Of a stretch of DNA of 64,000 bases, positions 58,024 through 64,000 are shown in pieces (the stretch's first letter is position 1; the number at the start of each line of letters is the position of its first letter). The DNA lies in NCBI GenBank assembly GCA_045542415.1, contig JAZQKZ010000031.1, positions 1 through 64,000 on the forward strand, written 5' to 3'. A model generated the notes under the pieces. It did no database searches. It was not told the DNA's origin and worked only from the letters and a program-made list of their open reading frames with translations. The DNA comes from Clostridia bacterium. Lineage in GTDB: Bacteria; Bacillota; Clostridia; UBA1381. Made by a program: the position numbers and the translations under genes.

Positions 58024-59219
58024 ACCTACAGGAAACAGTATCCGCCGAAAGGATACATATCAGTTTTTTCGGAAAACGTAATGTCGGAAAATCAAGTCTG
58101 GTAAATGCCGTTACAGCTCAGGCTCTGTCTGTTGTTTCAAACGTTCGCGGCACTACCACTGACCCTGTAAAAAAATCGATGGAGCTGCTGCCAATCGGCC
58201 CTGTTGTTATAATCGACACTCCGGGATTTGATGACGAGGGTGAGCTTGGTGAATTGCGTGTGCAAAAGACACGCGAAATACTTGCTAAAACAGATATTGC
58301 AGTTCTTGTTCTCGATTCCTGTGCTGAAACGCAAGAAGCCGACACAGAGTTTCTTACACTTATTAAAGAAAAGAATCTCCCCTATCTTATAGTACACAAC
58401 AAAGCAGATTTACTGAGTGATATCCCCCCTGCTGACAAGAATAATATCTGGGTCAGTGCGGCTGAGGGAATCAATATTTCCGAGTTGAAAGATAAGCTCG
58501 GTGAGTTTGCAAAAAGCCGTACAGTTAACCGCAGAGTAGTAGGAGACCTTATTGATAAAGGAGATATTATTGTTCTGGTCACTCCTATCGATGAATCAGC
58601 TCCGAAAGGTCGTCTTATTCTGCCTCAGCAGCAGACTATCCGTGATATTCTCGACTCAGGCTGTACGGCAGTGGTATGCCAGGACACTCAGCTTTCCGGT
58701 ACATTAGCTGCTCTTGCAGTTCCTCCGAAAATGGTTATTACCGACTCACAGGCGTTCGGAAAAGTAGCCGGAATTGTACCTGAAAATATTCCCCTGACAT
58801 CATTCTCTATTCTTTTTGCACGCTATAAAGGCGATCTGCATGTGCTGGTACGGGGTGCGGCAATGCTGAGCAAGCTGCACGACGGAGATAAAATACTTAT
58901 TTGCGAGGGATGCACTCATCACCGTCAGTGCGGTGACATAGGTACGGTTAAAATGCCTGCATGGATAAAAAAATTTTCCGATGCGGACGTCAGCTTTGAT
59001 TTTACATCAGGCGGACAGTTCCCGCAAAATCTTTCGGAATATAAGCTGATAGTTCACTGCGGCGGATGCATGCTGAACGAAGCTGAAATGAAACACCGAT
59101 TATCTTTAGCAGCCGAACACGGAATACCGATTGTCAATTACGGTGTTGCAATTGCACATATGAACGGAATTTTAAAACGCTCTTTAGAGCTGTTTCCGAC
59201 CGTAGCATCACTTTTATAA
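58020..59219 (+). CDS. hydF: [FeFe]-hydrogenase maturation GTPase HydF
   Basis: G1 GKRNVGKSS, G3 DTPG, C-terminal CxH...HC cluster-binding motif (CEGCTHHRQCG). Confidence 0.85.
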   Translation: MNLQETVSAERIHISFFGKRNVGKSSLVNAVTAQALSVVSNVRGTTTDPVKKSMELLPIGPVVIIDTPGFDDEGELGELRVQKTREILAKTDIAVLVLDSCAETQEADTEFLTLIKEKNLPYLIVHNKADLLSDIPPADKNNIWVSAAEGINISELKDKLGEFAKSRTVNRRVVGDLIDKGDIIVLVTPIDESAPKGRLILPQQQTIRDILDSGCTAVVCQDTQLSGTLAALAVPPKMVITDSQAFGKVAGIVPENIPLTSFSILFARYKGDLHVLVRGAAMLSKLHDGDKILICEGCTHHRQCGDIGTVKMPAWIKKFSDADVSFDFTSGGQFPQNLSEYKLIVHCGGCMLNEAEMKHRLSLAAEHGIPIVNYGVAIAHMNGILKRSLELFPTVASLL

Positions 59220-59227
59220 ACAAAAAA

Positions 59228-59305
59228 TACCGTCCTAAAAATTGCGTGATTAAATAGGGCGGTATTTTTATTTACATCAAAAATCCGGGGAACGTGTCCC
59301 CGGAT
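59228..59305. terminator. Two convergent rho-independent terminators (hydF on +, hydA on -)
   Basis: Hairpin ACCGTCCTA...TAGGGCGGT + TTTTTATTT, then CCGGGGAacgtgTCCCCGG with A-run/T-run. Confidence 0.65.
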
Positions 59306-59312
59306 TATTTCA

Positions 59313-61079
59313 TCAATCATTAAAGCCAACTCTTGCACTGTAGTTCGTATGCAGAAGCTCATGTGCCTTATGCGAATTGGGCTTACCCAGGAAGTCAGCA
59401 TATAAAGCCTTAATCTGCGGATTATTATGCGACTGACGAAGAGTCTGTCTTTCATCCTCACTATATAAAGCTTTCGCTCTCTTTTCCTTATATGTATCAA
59501 GAATATCATCATCCTCGTTCGGCAGGAAGCACGGTCTCACGAACGGCTGACCGCCTCCGGCAATACATCCGCCCGGACAACCCATAATCTCAATAAAGTG
59601 GTACTTTGACTCGCCTGCACGAATTTCATCGAGCAACACCTTTGCATTTTTCATACCGTGTGCAATAGCTACATTCACGGTTGTACCGTTAATGTCAATT
59701 GATGCCTCACGCACGCCATCAAAACCACGCACTTCATTAAATACAATTGCTCCGTGTTCTTCACCTGTCAATATATAATATACTGTACGCAATGCAGCCT
59801 CCATTACACCGCCGGTTACACCGAATATAACGCCGGCACCTGTGTAGTCACCCATAAGATCCTGGTCAAATTCCTCGTCCGGAAGACGGTTGAAGATAAT
59901 ACCTGCACGCTTAATCATACGAGCAAGCTCACGGGTTGTAAGAACTGCGTCAACATCCTTGATGCCGTCACGCTGCATCTGCTCACGCTCTTTTTCGTCT
60001 TTCTTCGCTGTACACGGCATAATTGATACAACAAAGATATCCTTAGGATCTATATTATTCTTTTCAGCATAATATGACTTGATAATTGCACCCTGCATCT
60101 GATGCGGAGACTTACATGATGACAGATGGTCTAAAAGGTCGCTGTAGTTATACTCTGCATAGTTAACCCAACCCGGTGAGCATGATGTAATCATCGGCAA
60201 CACACCGTTATTCTGTATTCTCGATAAAAGCTCTGTTCCCTCTTCCATAATAGTAAGGTCAGCAGCGAAGTTTGTGTCATATACCCTGTCAAAGCCAAGA
60301 CGTCTTAAAGCTGCTACCATCTTACCCGTAACAGCTGTTCCGATAGGCATACCAAACTCTTCACCCAATGCAGCTCTTACAGCAGGTGCTGTCTGTACTA
60401 CAACATGCTTTCCCGATCTCATAGCTTCATCTACTTTTGATATCTCTGATTTTTCCATCAGAGCACCCGTCGGACATACGCTTACACACTGTCCGCACAG
60501 AATACACGGTGAGTTTGCCATAGAACGGTTTTCTGCCGGTCCGACAATAGTATTAAATCCACGATTAGCAAAGCCCAAAATACCCATTCCGTGAGCGTTC
60601 TGACATCTTGACACACATCGTCCGCACAGAATACACTTTGATGTATCACGGACAATTGACGGAGTCAATTCGTCAACAGTTACAGGTGTCTTTGCACCCT
60701 CAAAACGTCCCTCACGGGCACCGGTAAGATATGCAACGTGCAAAAGCTCACACTGACCGTTCTTATCACACTGCTGACAGTTTTTATTGTGATTGGAAAG
60801 CAGAAGCTCTACCGATGCACGGCGTGCCTCTGTAGCCTTGGGAGTGGAAACCATAATTTCCATACCCTCATTTACGGGATATGTACATGAAGCAACAAGT
60901 CCTCTCGCTCCCTTAACCTCAACAAGACACACACGGCACGAGCCGAGCGAACACTCACCATGATTGAATGCACAAAGTGACGGAATTTCATATCCGCAGG
61001 CTTTTGCCGCTTCAAGGATAGTCAAGCCCTCCTCAACCTGATAGGAGACACCCTCTATTTTAATATTTATTTTAGCCAT
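59313..61079 (-). CDS. hydA: [FeFe] hydrogenase catalytic subunit HydA (2Fe-2S, multiple 4Fe-4S, H-cluster)
   Basis: H-cluster motifs TSCSPGW, MPCTAKK, EIMGCPGGC. N-terminal ferredoxin-like Cys clusters. Confidence 0.88.
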   Translation of the reverse strand: MAKINIKIEGVSYQVEEGLTILEAAKACGYEIPSLCAFNHGECSLGSCRVCLVEVKGARGLVASCTYPVNEGMEIMVSTPKATEARRASVELLLSNHNKNCQQCDKNGQCELLHVAYLTGAREGRFEGAKTPVTVDELTPSIVRDTSKCILCGRCVSRCQNAHGMGILGFANRGFNTIVGPAENRSMANSPCILCGQCVSVCPTGALMEKSEISKVDEAMRSGKHVVVQTAPAVRAALGEEFGMPIGTAVTGKMVAALRRLGFDRVYDTNFAADLTIMEEGTELLSRIQNNGVLPMITSCSPGWVNYAEYNYSDLLDHLSSCKSPHQMQGAIIKSYYAEKNNIDPKDIFVVSIMPCTAKKDEKEREQMQRDGIKDVDAVLTTRELARMIKRAGIIFNRLPDEEFDQDLMGDYTGAGVIFGVTGGVMEAALRTVYYILTGEEHGAIVFNEVRGFDGVREASIDINGTTVNVAIAHGMKNAKVLLDEIRAGESKYHFIEIMGCPGGCIAGGGQPFVRPCFLPNEDDDILDTYKEKRAKALYSEDERQTLRQSHNNPQIKALYADFLGKPNSHKAHELLHTNYSARVGFND

Positions 61080-61095
61080 TTGTTTGTCCTCCCGA

Positions 61096-62982
61096 TTACT
61101 TCTTCACAATTGCCTTAAACTTACATGTAGCCATACAAGCACCGCACTTCACGCACTTTTCCGGATCAATCTGATAAGCCGGCAATTTTTTACCCGGAGC
61201 TGTATAGTCCGTCTTTTGGATACAGTCAGCAGGACATGCTCTTGCACACATACCGCAGCCAAAGCACTGATTCTGAACAATTGTATATTTCATAAGCTTC
61301 TTACATACCTTTGCCGGACATCTCTTTTCTACAATATGTGCGATATATTCGTCTCTGAAATGTGTCAGAGTTGAGATAACCGGATTAGCCGCTGTCTGTC
61401 CGAGTGCACACAGTGAATTTGCCTGTACGGAACGACCAAGCTCTTCAAGCTCTTCAAGATCCTGCATAGTACCTCTGCCCTCAGTAATGCGTGTAAGAAT
61501 TTCAAGCATTCTCTTTGTACCGATACGGCACGGTGAACACTTTCCGCACGATTCATCACAGATAAATTCCATATAGAACTTTGCAACGTCAACCATACAG
61601 TTGTCCTCGTCCATAACAATAGCACCGCCTGAACCCATCATTGATCCCTTTGCAACCAGATTATCGAAATCAATCGGCTCATCAAGGTACTCCGCCGTGA
61701 GACATCCTCCCGACGGGCCGCCTGTCTGGATAGCCTTAAATTCCTTACCGTCAGGGATACCGCCGCCTACAGTATATATAAGCTCACGCAATGTTGTACC
61801 CATAGGAATTTCCACAAGTCCTACATTGTTGATTTTACCGCCAAGTGCAAATACCTTTGTACCCTTTGAATTTTCTGTTCCGCAGCTTGCAAATACTTCT
61901 GCACCCTCACGCAATATGTACGGAACACATGCAAGCGTTTCAACATTATTAACTATTGTCGGCTTCTGCCACAAACCCTTTACTGCCGGGAACGGCGGAC
62001 GCGGACGCGGCATTCCTCGCTTACCCTCTATTGAGTTGAGCAATGCTGTTTCTTCACCGCACACAAATGCTCCTGCACCAAGACGTATATGTGCCTGGAA
62101 ATTGAAGCCTGTACCTAAAATGTTTTCACCTAAAAGACCGTATTTATTCATCTGCTCAATAGCCATACGCAGACGGTTAACCGCAATCGGATACTCAGCG
62201 CGGACATAGAAATATCCCTCAGATGCACCGATAGCATAGCCGGCAATCATCATACCCTCTAAAACAGCAAACGGATTTCCCTCTAAAATTGAACGGTCCA
62301 TAAATGCACCCGGGTCACCCTCGTCACCGTTACATACCACATATTTCTGATCCGCAGCGTTAGCATATGCAAACGACCATTTTCTTCCCGTCGGGAAGCC
62401 TGCACCGCCTCTGCCTCTCAGGCCTGCTTTAAGAACCTCGTCAATAACCTCCTTGGGTTCCATTGACAATGCACGCTTCAAGCCCTGGAATGCTCCTTGA
62501 CCGAGTGCTTCATCAATATCCTCCGGATTAATAACACCGCAGCCATGTAAGGCTATTCTCTTCTGACTTTTATAGAATGTGATATCATCCTGCTTTACAA
62601 CAGTCTCCTTAGTTGCCGGATCTACATAAAGCAGTCTCTCAACAATTTCACCGTTTAAGATATCCTTCTCAAAGATTTCCGTAACGTCATCAATACTTAC
62701 CATACGGTATAAGGTGTCCTCAGGGAAAATCTTAACAAACGGTCCCTGCGAACAGAAGCCGAAGCAACCTACTATATTTACTGTAACCTTATCGCCGATA
62801 TTGTTTTCTGCAATCAGCTGCTCAAACTTCTCCTTAATCTGCATGGAGTTTGATGAGAGACATCCTGTACCTCCGCAAAGAAGAATTGCACGCTTACCGT
62901 TGGAGCCGTCGTGCTTACTTTCAAAGGCATCCGTACAGACGCAAATCTTCGCATTTAATTCCTCAAATGTTTTTGTTTTCAT
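61096..62982 (-). CDS. hydB: NuoF-like NADH-binding flavoprotein subunit HydB of bifurcating hydrogenase
   Basis: 628 aa. NuoF-like FMN/NADH motifs (GRGGAGFPTGRKW), C-terminal 4Fe-4S ferredoxin motifs. Confidence 0.85.
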   Translation of the reverse strand: MKTKTFEELNAKICVCTDAFESKHDGSNGKRAILLCGGTGCLSSNSMQIKEKFEQLIAENNIGDKVTVNIVGCFGFCSQGPFVKIFPEDTLYRMVSIDDVTEIFEKDILNGEIVERLLYVDPATKETVVKQDDITFYKSQKRIALHGCGVINPEDIDEALGQGAFQGLKRALSMEPKEVIDEVLKAGLRGRGGAGFPTGRKWSFAYANAADQKYVVCNGDEGDPGAFMDRSILEGNPFAVLEGMMIAGYAIGASEGYFYVRAEYPIAVNRLRMAIEQMNKYGLLGENILGTGFNFQAHIRLGAGAFVCGEETALLNSIEGKRGMPRPRPPFPAVKGLWQKPTIVNNVETLACVPYILREGAEVFASCGTENSKGTKVFALGGKINNVGLVEIPMGTTLRELIYTVGGGIPDGKEFKAIQTGGPSGGCLTAEYLDEPIDFDNLVAKGSMMGSGGAIVMDEDNCMVDVAKFYMEFICDESCGKCSPCRIGTKRMLEILTRITEGRGTMQDLEELEELGRSVQANSLCALGQTAANPVISTLTHFRDEYIAHIVEKRCPAKVCKKLMKYTIVQNQCFGCGMCARACPADCIQKTDYTAPGKKLPAYQIDPEKCVKCGACMATCKFKAIVKK

Positions 62983-63470
62983 CAGTGTGCACCTCCAAGA
63001 TTACGATATTCTTCAATAACATGAGCAACCATATCAACTGTCATCTTAGGATATACTGTTCCGTTGATAGTAATAGCCGGTGCAATACCACACGCTCCTA
63101 TACAACGCAATGCATCAATGGTAAACATTCCGTCCTTTGTTGTTTCTCCCGGAGCAATACCAAGTATCTCCGAAAACTTGTCAATAATCTGCTGCGCTCC
63201 CTTTACATAACAAGCAGTTCTCATACAACATCCTATTACATACTTGCCCTTCGGTTCAAGAGAAAAGAACGAATAAAAGGTAACAACACCGTAAATTTCT
63301 GCTACCGAGATTCCTGTTTTCTCAGATACAATTTCCTGTACATCCAGCGGAATATATCCGTACTCATTCTGGATGTCACTCAAAATCATCATAAGCGGTG
63401 TTTTTTCGTTTGCATATCTGTCACAGATTTCGCAAATGGTTTTAATACCCACTTCATTGATACGAGCCAT
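62982..63470 (-). CDS. hydC: NuoE-like 2Fe-2S thioredoxin-like subunit HydC
   Basis: 162 aa. Cys motifs CxxxxC...CxxxC (GCCMRTACYVKG...CIGACGIAP). Confidence 0.8.
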   Translation of the reverse strand: MARINEVGIKTICEICDRYANEKTPLMMILSDIQNEYGYIPLDVQEIVSEKTGISVAEIYGVVTFYSFFSLEPKGKYVIGCCMRTACYVKGAQQIIDKFSEILGIAPGETTKDGMFTIDALRCIGACGIAPAITINGTVYPKMTVDMVAHVIEEYRNLGGAH

Positions 63471-63894
63471 ATAATAATCCTCCTAAGTATATATTTTTAT
63501 CTGCCGTACCCTTATGTACAGCTCCGTTAAATGTATTATGCCGTCTTTACTGCTTATACGGTAAAACCCAACAAATACTATATTAATATAATCATACTAT
63601 ATTTTCATAAAAAATGCAAGCAAATTTGGCAAATTTTTACCAATAAATCACGAAAATTATGTTGTCCTCTGCTAACCACTAAGCCTTGCCTAAAAAACAC
63701 AAGGAAATCTTCACAAAAAGCCATTTGCATACGAATATATGTTAATTAATATGTCCCGGTATTTTCAATTCCGCCTTCAAATTTAATTTTTCATATATAC
63801 AACAACTAAAGTTGTCAAATAGTCAGATTTTTCTGTTTACTTTTTTTTCAAAATAATATATAATAAACTAAAAGGAGAATGAGCTATGGAAGTA

Positions 63895-64000
63895 CATAAC
63901 CAAAATCAGATTTTTAATCAATATATTTCAAAATTGCAGACAGAGTTCATATTAATAGATCATGGGCTTTGTCCCGACTGGTCAAGGGGACCTCACCGTC
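63895..64000 (+). CDS. Partial CDS (MEVHNQNQIFNQYISKLQTEFILIDHGLCPDW...), runs off the right edge
   Basis: ATG after RBS AAGGAGAATG. Function unknown. Confidence 0.3.

Noticed and set aside
1-64000. Mobile-element hallmarks (transposase, integrase, recombinase, attC-type integron sites)
   Set aside because: No such gene was recognised. The ACGTGCTTTAA-type motifs do not match the integron GTTRRRY/RYYYAAC core consensus, so no mobile element is called.

Overview
The window reads as a low-GC Firmicutes chromosome, most likely a sporulating, fibre-degrading Clostridia (Ruminococcaceae-like). No transposase, integrase, CRISPR array, rRNA or canonical tRNA was recognised. Gene calls rest on motifs visible in the ORF translations, not on database searches.

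**Layout**
- 1–20.2 kb: conserved core on the minus strand: yraN-rnhB-asp23, a complete spoIIIAA–AH operon, a mecA-like adaptor, lysA, clpX, clpP, tig and an SPFH protein. It also holds a divergently transcribed M23 peptidase with a sigma-F-like promoter (a SpoIIQ candidate), a GH35 beta-galactosidase and a 1120-aa secreted beta-helix protein.
- 20.2–21.0 kb: an unusually long 760-nt intergenic region with a bidirectional terminator and a tRNA-like T-arm motif; candidate structured RNA.
- 21.8–22.9 kb: cotJA-cotJB-cotJC spore-coat operon.
- 23.1–33.0 kb: polysaccharide-degradation island: a 1263-aa GH27 alpha-galactosidase multidomain protein, an SLH+rhodanese surface protein and a 1698-aa beta-helix/GH/CBM35/LamG protein.
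- 33.0–39.5 kb: an AT-rich array of small plus-strand genes, including a duplicated gene pair, none with a recognisable enzymatic function. The array is punctuated by three further copies of a repeat that contains the last ~70 nt of cotJC plus its terminator. I read this as a recombination-shuffled cassette array, possibly of immunity-like proteins.
- 39.6–43.0 kb: a 1130-aa pectate-lyase-like protein with a triplicated ~145-aa module.
- 43.0–46.0 kb: an accessory patch containing a tandemly duplicated two-gene module (small CxxC zinc-ribbon protein plus a phage Mu-F/SPP1 gp7-like domain protein), a conserved inverted-repeat hairpin, gene fragments, a short peptide deformylase and a small Cys-rich protein.
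- 46.0–55.1 kb: an AraC regulator divergent from a 2695-aa secreted protein carrying four esterase domains (SGNH, SGNH, alpha/beta-hydrolase, SASA-type).
- 55.4–63.5 kb: hydE-hydG-hydF maturases convergent with a hydC-hydB-hydA NuoE/NuoF-type trimeric [FeFe] hydrogenase.
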